A stretch of 62,283 nt of DNA, filler included, from Actinomycetota bacterium (lineage in GTDB: Bacteria > Actinomycetota > Acidimicrobiia > Spongiisociales > UBA4744): the NCBI GenBank assembly GCA_013152275.1. It is 6 parts of 6 records of this genome, joined end to end, with 100 filler letters (N's around TTAATTAATTAA, not from the genome) between each part and the next. Parts side by side here need not be neighbours in the genome. Positions count along the whole stretch, not along the records: positions 26,481 to 33,161 come from JAADGS010000091.1; positions 33,262 to 46,053 come from JAADGS010000092.1; 4 more parts are not named here. One strand, written 5' to 3'. The notes under the pieces are model-generated. The model saw only the letters and a program-made list of their open reading frames with translations. It had not been told where the DNA came from and searched no databases. The translations under genes and the position numbers were made by a program. Shown here piece after piece: positions 28,620 to 38,637 of this stretch (position 1 is its first letter; every line of letters starts with the position of its first letter).

Positions 28620-29421
28620 CGTGTTCACCAAAACGATGTGGGACCGCCGCAAAGCCATGCTCTGGTGGCTCTCGGGTTCGGCCGCATACATGTTGGTGAT
28701 TGTCCTCACCTGGTCGGCCTTCAGCGATCCGGGTCTGCAGGAATCCTACGACAAGCTCCTGGCAGCCTATCCCCCCGAACTGCTTGCCGTGTTCGGTATG
28801 AGCCCGGGGCAGTCGGTCTTCTCGCCTGTTGGGTACTTGACTGCGGAGGCGTTTGGCTTGATCGGTCCACTGTTGTTGCTGATCCTGGCGGCGGGGATCG
28901 GTGCCCGCGCGATTGCTGGAGAGGAGGAGGCCGGGACGATGGACCTGCTGCTCTCCAACCCGGTTTCCCGGAGGTCCGTGGTACTGCAGAAGGCGCTCGC
29001 GATGCTGGTACTCGTCGTGCTGCTCGGCGCAGCGATCTACGTCGGAGTCGCGATCGGAGCTTTGGCGGTTGGGATGGAGGTCTCCATGGCAAACGTGGCT
29101 GCGACCACGCTTCAGGCGGTGATGCTTGCCCTCGGGTTCGGTGCACTCGCCCTGGCGCTCGGTGCCGCAACGGGTAACCGCGGTCTCGCCCTGGGTGGCG
29201 TCTCGGGCGTTGCTCTGGCCGCGTTCCTCGTCCAGTCGATCGGTCCGCTTGCGAACTGGCCGCTGTGGTCTCAGAAGCTCTCGCCGTTCTACTACTACTC
29301 GGCGCACACCCCTCTCGAGAACGGCCTGTCCTGGGGTGACTTCGGAGTCCTCGCGGCGATCTTCATGGTCCTGGTTGGAGTTGCAGTGCCGCTGTTTGCC
29401 CGAAGGGATGTACGGATATGA
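28609..29421 (+). CDS. ABC-2 type permease
   Basis: IAGEEEAGTMDLLLSNPVSR, SPFYYY, multiple TM segments. Confidence 0.92.
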   Translation: MLRNVFTKTMWDRRKAMLWWLSGSAAYMLVIVLTWSAFSDPGLQESYDKLLAAYPPELLAVFGMSPGQSVFSPVGYLTAEAFGLIGPLLLLILAAGIGARAIAGEEEAGTMDLLLSNPVSRRSVVLQKALAMLVLVVLLGAAIYVGVAIGALAVGMEVSMANVAATTLQAVMLALGFGALALALGAATGNRGLALGGVSGVALAAFLVQSIGPLANWPLWSQKLSPFYYYSAHTPLENGLSWGDFGVLAAIFMVLVGVAVPLFARRDVRI

Positions 29422-30254
29422 AGCAGGATCTCTATGCACATGTGGAAGAGGGGGTTCGCGAGTCGCTGTCCGGGTTCCGTCGAGATCGTAAGGTGCGTGG
29501 GCTGCGCGTCGACGATCACGTCTGGCACTACGTCTCGTTCGGTGCAGGCGATCAGACGATTCTGTTTCTGCATGGGATGGGTGGCGCCTATGACATCTGG
29601 TGGCAGCAACTCGAAGCGTTCGCCGACCGGTTTCGTGTCGTGTCGGTCACCTATCCCGACGTTGCGACCCTTGCCGGTCTTCGTCGCGGGCTCCTTGCGA
29701 TCCTCGATGCAGAGGGAATCGACCGTTTCGGTGTCGTTGGAACATCTCTGGGCGGGTACCTCGCGCAGTACCTCGTTGCCCACGACGCCGACCGGATCGA
29801 TCGAGCGGTGTTCGCCAACACGTTCCCTCCGAATGACATCATCGCCGCCGAGAACGTCTGGACGGCAGCGATCGCCTCATACCTGCCGGAGAGGCTCGTC
29901 ATGGGAGTGTTCCGCAAGCGCGTCGCCTCGGGCGCAGTTCCGGCGGCCGGCGGCTCGCCTCTGGTGCGCGCCTACCTGTATGAGCAGTCGCGCGGGTTGA
30001 TGTCCAAGGCACAGTTCCAGGCGCGATACCGGTGCGTGATCGACCGGTTCGAACCGGTCGAACCACCGATGCCGGTGTTGATCATCGAATCCGACAACGA
30101 CCCTCTCATATCGCGCGAGCTGCGGGAGATGCTGAGACGCACGTATCCCAAGGCCGAAACCCACACGTTTCACAAGACAGGCCACTTCACCTATCTGAAC
30201 GAACCCGTGGCCTACACGCGGGTGCTGGCCGAGTTCCTGGAACGACAGGACTGA
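29418..30254 (+). CDS. Alpha/beta hydrolase
   Basis: FLHGMGG, GTSLGG, NDPL, GHFTYL. Confidence 0.88.
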   Translation: MKQDLYAHVEEGVRESLSGFRRDRKVRGLRVDDHVWHYVSFGAGDQTILFLHGMGGAYDIWWQQLEAFADRFRVVSVTYPDVATLAGLRRGLLAILDAEGIDRFGVVGTSLGGYLAQYLVAHDADRIDRAVFANTFPPNDIIAAENVWTAAIASYLPERLVMGVFRKRVASGAVPAAGGSPLVRAYLYEQSRGLMSKAQFQARYRCVIDRFEPVEPPMPVLIIESDNDPLISRELREMLRRTYPKAETHTFHKTGHFTYLNEPVAYTRVLAEFLERQD

Positions 30255-30307
30255 GGCGGGTCGCGAGCGTTTAGGCTGCACGGCGACCGTTGTCCTGGAG
30301 GTTCCTT

Positions 30308-31162
30308 GTGAAGTTCGGTGTTTCCATGTTTCCTACCGATCAGGCGATCCAGCCGGTCGATCTCGCAAAAGAGGTGGAGGCTCGCGGGTTCGAATCGCTG
30401 TGGTTCCCCGAACACAGTCACATTCCGGTGAGTCGTCGCACTCCGTGGGGAGGTGTCAAGGGCGCTGCACCATTGCCCGAGTATTACGCCCGCACCCACG
30501 ATCAGTTCGTGGCCCTCGGCGCCGTAGCCGCCGTGACCACGACGTTGAAGCTCGGTACCGGCATCACCCTCGTTGCCCAACGGGATCCGATATGGCTGGC
30601 CAAGCAGGTCGCGTCACTGGACACGATCTCGAACGGCAGGGTGCTGTTCGGGATCGGGTACGGCTGGAACAAGGAGGAGATGGCAGACCATGGTGTCGCG
30701 TACCTCGAGCGAAGAGCAATCCTGCGGGAGAACGTCCTGGCAATGAAGGAGCTCTGGACCCAGGACATCGCCTCTTTCGACGGTGAGCATGTTCACTTCG
30801 AGCCAAGCTGGTCTTGGCCGAAGCCGGTCCAGAAGCCCCACCCGCCGATCATCCTCGGTGGTGCCGCCGGCCCGCGGACCTTCGGCGACATCGTCGAGTT
30901 CTGCGACGGCTGGATGCCCATTGCCGGCCGCCACGACCTGTTCGACAAGATCGACGCACTCCAGGCGGCGGCCGCCGCCGCGGGCCGAGATCCGATCGAG
31001 CTGACCGTGAGCGGAGCGAAGCCCGAGTCCGGAGTGATCGAGCGGCTTGCAGAGGTCGGGGTTTCTCGCGTCGTGTTGGGCGTGCCTCCGAAACCCGCCG
31101 ACGACGTGCTCCCTCGGCTCGACCGGTACGCGGCGCTTCTGGACGAGTTCTCCGGGGTGTGA
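30308..31162 (+). CDS. LLM-class F420-dependent oxidoreductase (Rv2161c-like)
   Basis: FPEHSHIP, LAKQVASLD, GIGYGWNKEE, PKPVQKPHPP. Confidence 0.92.
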   Translation: MKFGVSMFPTDQAIQPVDLAKEVEARGFESLWFPEHSHIPVSRRTPWGGVKGAAPLPEYYARTHDQFVALGAVAAVTTTLKLGTGITLVAQRDPIWLAKQVASLDTISNGRVLFGIGYGWNKEEMADHGVAYLERRAILRENVLAMKELWTQDIASFDGEHVHFEPSWSWPKPVQKPHPPIILGGAAGPRTFGDIVEFCDGWMPIAGRHDLFDKIDALQAAAAAAGRDPIELTVSGAKPESGVIERLAEVGVSRVVLGVPPKPADDVLPRLDRYAALLDEFSGV

Positions 31163-31259
31163 ACTCAGCCCGGGCGCGCCGTTCTGTCCGCCCGGAGCGG
31201 ATGATCTGCGGCGTTTCGACATCGAATCGGTCAGGGAGGAGTTGGTGGATCGGACCCGG

Positions 31260-32366
31260 TCAGGGCGGGTCGGGCCCACCCTGCGGTTTGCGGAAACGGA
31301 GTCTTCCCGGCGGGCTGTCGTGGTCGATGGTGTAGCCCATGCCGTGGATGACGACATGGTGGTGGTACCAGCAAAGTGTGGTGAGGTTGTCCGGGTCGGT
31401 TCGACCCCCTTGGGAGAAGGGGGTGACATGGTGGGGTTGGAGTCGGTACCGGCTGGTACATCCATCGGCCGTGCAGGATCCGTGGTCACGATGCAGGATG
31501 GCTCGGCGAAGGGGAGGGGAGATGACTCTGGTCTTGCGTCCGACCGTCAGGGGCCGTTCACCGGCGACCGTGATCGTCTCGATCGAGCCGGTGCAGAGCG
31601 CCTCGGCGAGAGATTCGGGCCCGATGCGGATTCCGGTGTCGAGGCACACTCCCGTCTCGGCTCCGGTTCTTGCCGCCTCCCCGGCGTTGACGAAGATGCT
31701 CACCAGCGGGGCGGCGGTTCCGGTTGCAGTCGTTGCGTCGAGTGAGTCCTGGGCGATGGATATGAGGGCGTCGGCGTTGCGTTGTCCGAGGGTGGGTCTG
31801 GTTCCGTCGGGGAGGGCAGGGAAGCGGTCGGCCCGGTGGACGAGCGCCTCTTCGACGATCCTGCCGTCGACACCACCGAGGATTCCCCACAGATGCCATG
31901 AAGTTTCGTCGAGATTCGGTTGCATGGCCACGTAGCGGTCCGTGAACGAGGCCGTCTGCTGACGGCGGGTGAGTCGCCTGCGGTGGGCGACGGCTCGTCG
32001 CAGACCGGCGATGTCGAGATGCCACACGGATTCCACAGGATCGTCCGCTCCGGTCGCGGCGTACCTGCACAGCTCGACGGCCCGATCGAACGATACGCGA
32101 CCGGCAGACAGTGCGTCGCCCACCCCGGGAGCATCGGTCAGGGCCTTTGCGGTGTGCGTGAGCGCCGACGCAGTCTCCGGTGCCACGTCCAGGCGGCTCG
32201 ACACCCATTCACACATGCTCCGACACCCGTCACCCAACGGAATCTGGCGGCGATCCACTTCGGCCAGCAACGTCATCTGACGGGCACGGGCCCGGCCGAT
32301 GAGCATCTCCAGGCCGGCGAGTTCCTGCTCCAGACCATCGGCTGTGACTTCATCCGGTACATCCAT
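31260..32366 (-). CDS. DUF222 / HNH endonuclease (13E12-repeat-like)
   Basis: QRNADAL, RRAILHRDHGSCTADGC, HHVTPFSQGGRTDPDNLTTLCWYHH. Confidence 0.9.
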   Translation of the reverse strand: MDVPDEVTADGLEQELAGLEMLIGRARARQMTLLAEVDRRQIPLGDGCRSMCEWVSSRLDVAPETASALTHTAKALTDAPGVGDALSAGRVSFDRAVELCRYAATGADDPVESVWHLDIAGLRRAVAHRRRLTRRQQTASFTDRYVAMQPNLDETSWHLWGILGGVDGRIVEEALVHRADRFPALPDGTRPTLGQRNADALISIAQDSLDATTATGTAAPLVSIFVNAGEAARTGAETGVCLDTGIRIGPESLAEALCTGSIETITVAGERPLTVGRKTRVISPPLRRAILHRDHGSCTADGCTSRYRLQPHHVTPFSQGGRTDPDNLTTLCWYHHHVVIHGMGYTIDHDSPPGRLRFRKPQGGPDPP

Positions 32367-32372
32367 ATGCGC

Positions 32373-32394
32373 AACGTATCATCCGGGTGTGACA
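32373..32394 (-). promoter_or_regulatory. RecA-NDp/PafBC-like DNA-damage promoter, leaderless
   Basis: Minus strand TGTCAC-N10-TACGTT, 6 nt before the ATG of the HNH gene. Confidence 0.6.
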
Positions 32395-32446
32395 GAAAAC
32401 GTCCTCTGGCGATGGTCGACGACATATAGCCGAGATTGGTACTTCG

Positions 32447-33161
32447 TTACGGTGAGAGGACGGCGCGTACCTCGGAGACCGGATACGTGAAGGTCGTGGC
32501 GATCACCGCCGGGTTGTCGGCGAACGGAATCGGGGTGGACCACGCTCCGCCTGGGAGTTGCCGCCAGCGATACGTGCCGTTCCATTCGGCCACGAAGGTG
32601 ATCGTGTAGTCGCCCTTGCGCTCGTAGAGATGCGTGGCCGCCGCACTGCCGGGCAGGTCGTCGGCGCTGCCCGGGACGGCGGATGTGAGGATCGTCCCGT
32701 CCCCCATGTCCCAGGTGAACGCCTCGAGGGTCGCCCACGCCTCGATCTCCATGGTGATGTTCGATCCGGGATCGGTGAAGGTGAGCGTGAACGGGAGGAT
32801 CTCATCGCCGCCCTCGTACCAGAGCCACGTGTCGAGGCCGGTGAGACCTTCGCTGATCGGGCTCGTGGCGGTCTTCCCGGGCGGGGCGCGTCTGCGGATC
32901 TCTTCGCTCAGGTCGATGCCGTCGAGGGGATACACGCAATAGGCGACGTCGGGGACGAGGTTGTCGGCGGCGAAGACCGCTGGGCTTCCGTCCGAGCGGC
33001 GGGGTGCGTAGGGGACGAGATCTCCCTGGCCGAACCGCCAGCCGAAGTCGAAGGCGGTTACGGGACTGTTCCAGAGTTCGCCGTCGAGCCAGTAGAGCTG
33101 TCGCAGCACCCGCGGGCTGCCGTCGGGGCACTGACCGACAGATTCCCTGTGCCATCCTTTT
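32447..33161 (-). CDS. Protein with PKD-like C-terminal domain (partial)
   Basis: GLTGLDTWLW, FTWDMGDG, THLYERKGDYTIT, VSEVRAVL; 5' end lost at linker. Confidence 0.75.
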
Positions 33162-33261
33162 NNNNNNNNNNNNNNNNNNNNNNNNNNNNNNNNNNNNNNN
33201 NNNNNTTAATTAATTAANNNNNNNNNNNNNNNNNNNNNNNNNNNNNNNNNNNNNNNNNNNN

Positions 33262-33330
33262 CGATGGGGGTGTCCCCGCGGCCTCAGGAGCAAGTGCCGA
33301 GTCTTCGAGGCGATGGGGGTGTTCCCGCGT
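33262..33330. repeat. REP-like repeat (same family as 56205-56400)
   Basis: AAGTGCCGAGTCTTCGAGGCGATGGGGGTGTTCCCGCG shared with 56229-56266. Confidence 0.85.
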
Positions 33331-33411
33331 GGGCGTCGAAGACCTCGCGCACCTCGACCGCGGCTTCACAATGTTTCACGTACGCTTGGTGGTGCACGAA
33401 AGGAGCTGACC

Positions 33412-34050
33412 ATGACCGTCGGACTCGACGAAACGTACCCGGCGCGGTTGAGCATCGAGTACCCGGACCGTGACCTGGACCGCCTGTCGACGCTGCTACG
33501 CCTTCTCTACGTCATCCCGATCGCGATCGTGCTGGGCCTCGTCGGGGGGTCCTCGTTCGGCGCCACGTTCGGTGAGAGCGGCGCCCGGATCGGGGAGGCA
33601 GGTGGCGGGTTACTGGTGGCGCCGGTCCTCCTGATGATCCTGTTCCGGCAGAAGTACCCGCGTTGGTGGTTCGACTTCAATCTGCAGCTCACCCGGTTCT
33701 GCACCAGGGTGGCCTCCTATCTGGCCCTGATGTCGGACACGTATCCGTCCACCGACGAGGAGCAGTTCGTTCGCTTGGACCTGGATTACCCGAACGTCGA
33801 ACGGGATCTCAACCGTTGGCTGCCGTTGGTGAAATGGCTGCTCGCCATTCCCCACTACATCGTCCTGTTCTTCCTCGGCATCGCGGCGATCGTCGCCGTG
33901 GTCGTCGCCTGGTTCGCCATACTCTTCACCGGCCGTTATCCCCGGGGCATCTTCGACTTCGTGGAAGGCGTCCTACGGTGGGGGCTTCGAGTCGAGGCCT
34001 ACGCGTTGCTCTTCATCACCGATCGCTACCCGCCCTTCTCACTCGCCTGA
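33412..34050 (+). CDS. DUF4389 domain membrane protein
   Basis: Two repeats: ILFRQKYPRWWFDF..YP and ILFTGRYPRGIFDF...DRYPPFSL. Confidence 0.9.
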   Translation: MTVGLDETYPARLSIEYPDRDLDRLSTLLRLLYVIPIAIVLGLVGGSSFGATFGESGARIGEAGGGLLVAPVLLMILFRQKYPRWWFDFNLQLTRFCTRVASYLALMSDTYPSTDEEQFVRLDLDYPNVERDLNRWLPLVKWLLAIPHYIVLFFLGIAAIVAVVVAWFAILFTGRYPRGIFDFVEGVLRWGLRVEAYALLFITDRYPPFSLA

Positions 34051-34128
34051 AAGGACCGAAGCGCTGCAGGACGAGACGTACGGCGGAGCGTTGCGACCTC
34101 ACGCGCCGGCACCAAGGATGAGCGACGG

Positions 34129-34974
34129 CTACCCGAGTGCACACCCTGTGCCACCGGCGCCGCCGCCGGGGACGACGCCGAGGGATGCGAGCACGGCGGT
34201 GATGTTGCGCTGCCCGGAAGCCGAGAACCGGTCACGGGAGAGGAGGACGGCAGGGTCCTCGGTGGACCAATCGTGACCGCCGGCCTGAACGCCGGCGTAC
34301 GCGCCGGAGATCGCCGCCTGCGCCGGGAACCAGAGTGCAGAAACCCAGCGCGCCGCGTCGAACATGGCGTCCTGGGACGCGTTCTCCGATGCCATGACGG
34401 TGAGCAACCCCAACATCGCCATGCCGTGGTTGCAGTCTGGAAACGATGTCGGGTTGTCACAGCAAGGGCGATACACGGCGTGGGCGACGGCCTCGAGTCG
34501 TGCCTGCTGAGCCGGTGACAGCGTCACGAGGGGGATCGACGCGAACAGCTCGGCCCCGGGGCGCGCCCCGACGGTCCAACCGCCGGTCGACGCGAACCGT
34601 CCGACGTCGCCGTTCGAGGACATGGGTCCGGATGTGAGGATGGGGTTGTCGTTCGCGAGTCCGGCCGCCCAGAAGAAGTTCAGCAGGAATCCGGCCGAGG
34701 ATGCATCGACGACGAACCGGCCGTCGAAGGTCCCGTCGAGAATACGTTGCTCATCCGCGGTCAGGGAACGTCCACCGCTTGTCGCCATGGTGAACCGTTC
34801 AGGGTCGATCACTCCTGCGGCGACGAGTCGAGGTCCGAGGTCAGCGAAGGTGACGGGGACGGCGTATGCGACGGGAAGTCCGGTGGCGGTCGTGACGGGG
34901 ACAGACTGCTCCCATCGAGTCGGCGGCGTCGAGATGGACACCGCCGCGACGATCGCACCGACGACCATCAGCAC
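34129..34974 (-). CDS. Hypothetical membrane-anchored protein with RPCC..T.FPDCNHG motif
   Basis: N-terminal hydrophobic segment; LNFFWAAGLAN, FASTGGWT, YRPCCDNPTSFPDCNHGMAMLG; ends in GCALG. Confidence 0.75.
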   Translation of the reverse strand: MLMVVGAIVAAVSISTPPTRWEQSVPVTTATGLPVAYAVPVTFADLGPRLVAAGVIDPERFTMATSGGRSLTADEQRILDGTFDGRFVVDASSAGFLLNFFWAAGLANDNPILTSGPMSSNGDVGRFASTGGWTVGARPGAELFASIPLVTLSPAQQARLEAVAHAVYRPCCDNPTSFPDCNHGMAMLGLLTVMASENASQDAMFDAARWVSALWFPAQAAISGAYAGVQAGGHDWSTEDPAVLLSRDRFSASGQRNITAVLASLGVVPGGGAGGTGCALG

Positions 34975-35147
34975 GGCGTAGTTGGCCAGGCGACCTCGTG
35001 TCGGCCGGTCTGGCCGCGATGTGGCGTGTCTGATCGTCTACCGTCCCTGTTCGGCTTGTGCGTGTCCGGTGCGAGTGCGTGCGGGTTTGCAGCCGTGAGT
35101 GTAGGCCGGGCGGGGCGGGTGGTTCGACCATCCCACCCCCTCCAATT

Positions 35148-35200
35148 CCGTTCTCGTGACGGTTGGGCCGGTTTATTCCGGCGAGACGTCACGAGAACGG
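35148..35200. repeat. Palindromic element GTTCTCGTGAC...GTCACGAGAAC
   Basis: 13-bp terminal IR; near-identical copy at 41991-42042. Confidence 0.88.
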
Positions 35201-35224
35201 GGGAAAAGCCCGGAGTGCGCCCAT

Positions 35225-36637
35225 TCAACCGACCGCGCCGGCGTCGGCCATGTTCAGCTCGATGAGACGATTCAGCTCGACGGCGTACTCCATGGGGAGT
35301 TCCTTCACGATCGGCTCGATGAACCCTGCGACGATCATCGACGTCGCCTGCTCCTCGCTGAGCCCGCGGCTCATCAGGTAGAAGAGCTGATCCTCACCGA
35401 CCTTCGAGACGGTCGCCTCGTGACCGATCTGGGCGTCTGCCTCCTCGATCTCCATGTAGGGATACGTATCGGAGCGTGAGTCCTTGTCCAGGATCAACGC
35501 GTCGCAGCGCACGAACGACTTGGTCTTGTGCGCTCCGGGTTCCACACGAACCAGGCCACGGTATCCGGCACGACCGCCGCCCTTCGAAATCGACTTCGAC
35601 GTGATCGTCGACGTCGTGTTCGATGCCGCATGCACCATCTTCGCCCCGGCGTCCAGATGCTGGCCCTCACCGGCGAACGCGATGGAGAGCACCTCACCGT
35701 GGGCGCCCTTGCCCATCATCCAGACGGCCGGGTACTTCATGGTCAGGCGGGATCCCAGGTTGCCGTCGACCCATTCCATCGTCGCGTTCTCGTACGCGAC
35801 GGCACGCTTGGTGACGAGATTGAAGACGTTGCGCGACCAATTCTGGATCGTCGTGTAACGGCAGCGGCCGCCTCGTTTGATGATGATCTCCACGACGGCC
35901 GCGTGCAGCGAGTCTTTCGAGTAGACCGGCGCCGAGCACCCTTCGACGTAGTGCACGAAGGCGTCCTCGTCCACGATGATCAGCGTCCGCTCGAACTGCC
36001 CCATGCTCTCGGCGTTGATCCGGAAATAGGCCTGCAGCGGCTGGTCGAGGTGTATCCCGGGCGGGATGTAGATGAACGAGCCGCCCGACCAGACCGCAGA
36101 GTTGAGGGCGGCAAACTTGTTGTCGTTGGGTGGGATCACCGTTCCGAAGTACTCGCGCACGATGTCCGGGTGCTCCTGGAGGGCCGTGTCCATGTCGGAG
36201 AAGAGCACGCCCTGCTTCGCGAGACTCTCCCGGTTGCGGTGATAGACGACTTCGGAGTCGTATTGGGCACTCACCCCGGCGAGATACTTGCGTTCGGCTT
36301 CGGGGATGCCGAGCTTCTCGTAGGTTTCCTGGATCGACTCGGGCACCATGTCCCAGTCTTCGACGGTGCCCTCGCTCGGTTTCACGTAGTAGTACATGTC
36401 GTCGAAATCGATCTCGTCGAGGAGACCGCCACCACCCCAGTTCGGTATCGGCCTGCGAAGGAAGCGCTTGTAGGCCTTGAGACGGAACTGGAGCATCCAC
36501 TCCGGCTCCCCCTTCATGGCCGACATGTCACGGATCATGTCCTCGTCGAGGCCCTTGCGGGCCTTGTAGACCGTGGTCTCTTCCGAGTCGTGCCACCCGA
36601 GGGAGTATGCGCCGAGGTCGAGATCAACTGTGGACAT
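35225..36637 (-). CDS. sufB: Fe-S cluster assembly protein SufB
   Basis: [53 protein letters not shown]. Confidence 0.97.
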   Translation of the reverse strand: MSTVDLDLGAYSLGWHDSEETTVYKARKGLDEDMIRDMSAMKGEPEWMLQFRLKAYKRFLRRPIPNWGGGGLLDEIDFDDMYYYVKPSEGTVEDWDMVPESIQETYEKLGIPEAERKYLAGVSAQYDSEVVYHRNRESLAKQGVLFSDMDTALQEHPDIVREYFGTVIPPNDNKFAALNSAVWSGGSFIYIPPGIHLDQPLQAYFRINAESMGQFERTLIIVDEDAFVHYVEGCSAPVYSKDSLHAAVVEIIIKRGGRCRYTTIQNWSRNVFNLVTKRAVAYENATMEWVDGNLGSRLTMKYPAVWMMGKGAHGEVLSIAFAGEGQHLDAGAKMVHAASNTTSTITSKSISKGGGRAGYRGLVRVEPGAHKTKSFVRCDALILDKDSRSDTYPYMEIEEADAQIGHEATVSKVGEDQLFYLMSRGLSEEQATSMIVAGFIEPIVKELPMEYAVELNRLIELNMADAGAVG

Positions 36638-36707
36638 GCTTCACACCTTTTACACTACGCCGGTAGTGCATAATATCATGGGTCGGAACTCGCAGGTTAC
36701 TCGGCCT

Positions 36708-36843
36708 TTTCCTTCCCCTCACAGGGGAAGTGGCCGAGGCGAGGAACGAGCCGGGGACGATGGCGTGGAGCATCCCCCCTCCTTCGGCCACGCCCCCCTC
36801 GCAGGGCCCGACACTTCACCCTCCAGACCAAGAAGGGGAGAGC
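36708..36843. repeat. REP-like repeat, degenerate
   Basis: CTTCCCCTCACAGGGGAAGTGGCC...GATGG. Confidence 0.7.
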
Positions 36844-36855
36844 CCCGGCGTGTAC

Positions 36856-38637
36856 CTATCGCTTTCCGACCCCTCGCGACCACACCTCGTTCAGGTGGGC
36901 GTAGGCACCCCCCGCCCGCAGCAACTCTTCATGGCTGCCCTCTTCGACGATCCGGCCGTCGTCCATGACGACGATCCGGTCGGCGCGCTTCGCGGTTCGT
37001 AACCGGTGGGCGATCACGATCGCCGTGCGGTTCTCCAGAAGATGATCGAGGGCGGCCTCGACGACACCCTCGGTCTCGGGATCCAGGTTGGAGGTCGCCT
37101 CGTCGAGCACGATCACCGCCGGGTCCGCGGCGAGTGCCCGGGCGAGCGCGACGAGCTGACGTTCCCCCGACGACAGCCTGCTCCCCCGCTCGCGCACGTC
37201 GGTATCGAGGCGTTCGGGCAGGCTCCTCACCCAATCCGCGATCCCGACCGTCTCACAGATCCGCCACAGCTCCTCGTCGTCGATGCCGGGCCTGGCGAAC
37301 GCGAGATTGTCCCGCAGCGATCCTGCGAACAGGAACCCCTCCTGCGGAACCATGGCGATGCTGCGCCGCAGCTCTTCGTAGTCGAGGTCTCGAAGGTCCA
37401 CGCCGTCGAGGGTGATGCGGCCCTTCGTCGGGTCGTAGAAGCGGATGGCGAGCTTGGCAATCGTAGATTTGCCCGCGCCGGTCTCACCGACGATCGCCAG
37501 TCGCTCTCCGCACCGCAGGTGCAGGTTCACATCATGCAGCACCGGCAGCTCCGGGTCGTATCCGAACGTGACGTCCTCGAACGCGACCTCGCCACACGCC
37601 CCATCGGGCAGGTGAACCGGTTCGGATGCTTCGGCCAGGCCGGGTTCGGTGTCCAGGATCCCGAACAGCTTCGAGAGCGCAGCGAGTGCCGCCTGCAGCA
37701 GGTTGTACACGTTGGAGAGCTGCACGATCGGATCGAAGAAGTACCCAAGGTAGAGCAAGAACGCGACGAGGGAGCCGAAACTCAGCTGGCCGGTGAGCAC
37801 CCGGCGACCACCGACCAACAGCACCAGACCGGTCCCGATCGTGGCGATGAAGTCGACGGACGGGAAGTAGGAGGCGATGGCCTTCGCCGCCTGCAGGTTG
37901 GCTTCGAAGTACTTCTGGTTCACCCGTCCGAACTCGATGGCCTGACGGCGCTCCTGCGTGTACGCCTGCACCACCCTCACGCCGGAGATCCCTTCCTGCA
38001 GCGTTCCCAGGACACGACCGATCTGCTCCCGGATCGCCTCGTACGCCCTGTTCGCGTACTTGCGGAAGATCATCGAGACACCGACGAGGGCCGGCAGCAG
38101 CGCGAGCACCGTCCATGCCAGCGTCGTGTCGATCGCGAACATCGCGATCGTCACGCCGGTCACCATGAGCCCGCTCGTGATCACCGAGATCGCCCCCTGA
38201 TCGACGAACGCGGTCAAGGCTTCAACATCGGACGTCATCCTCGAAACCAGCACACCGACCTTCGACCGGGAGAAGAAAGCGATGTCGAGGCTCATCATGT
38301 GGCGAAACAATCGCACCCGCAGGTCGCGCAGATACCGCTCTCCGACCGCGGCCACCTGAAAGACAGAGAAACGCTGCGTGAAGTACTGCGCCACCAACAC
38401 GACGAGATACACGCCGGTGTCGCGCAGAATGACCCCCACGTCGCCTGCCATGACGCCGCTGTCGATCCCCGAACGCATAATCAGCGGGACCGACAGCCTC
38501 GCGACCGTGGCGAGGACCGTGAGCAACAGTGCCCACAGCGCTGCCCGGAGCAGCGGCCGGCCATATCGTCCTGCTCTGGCGAGCAGCCTGAACGGGCGGT
38601 CGATCTCGTGCTCCCCGCCGTAGCGTGCATACATCAT
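36856..38637 (-). CDS. ABC exporter, fused TMD-NBD subunit 2
   Basis: GETGAGKST, LSSGERQ, LDEATS. Confidence 0.95.
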   Translation of the reverse strand: MMYARYGGEHEIDRPFRLLARAGRYGRPLLRAALWALLLTVLATVARLSVPLIMRSGIDSGVMAGDVGVILRDTGVYLVVLVAQYFTQRFSVFQVAAVGERYLRDLRVRLFRHMMSLDIAFFSRSKVGVLVSRMTSDVEALTAFVDQGAISVITSGLMVTGVTIAMFAIDTTLAWTVLALLPALVGVSMIFRKYANRAYEAIREQIGRVLGTLQEGISGVRVVQAYTQERRQAIEFGRVNQKYFEANLQAAKAIASYFPSVDFIATIGTGLVLLVGGRRVLTGQLSFGSLVAFLLYLGYFFDPIVQLSNVYNLLQAALAALSKLFGILDTEPGLAEASEPVHLPDGACGEVAFEDVTFGYDPELPVLHDVNLHLRCGERLAIVGETGAGKSTIAKLAIRFYDPTKGRITLDGVDLRDLDYEELRRSIAMVPQEGFLFAGSLRDNLAFARPGIDDEELWRICETVGIADWVRSLPERLDTDVRERGSRLSSGERQLVALARALAADPAVIVLDEATSNLDPETEGVVEAALDHLLENRTAIVIAHRLRTAKRADRIVVMDDGRIVEEGSHEELLRAGGAYAHLNEVWSRGVGKR

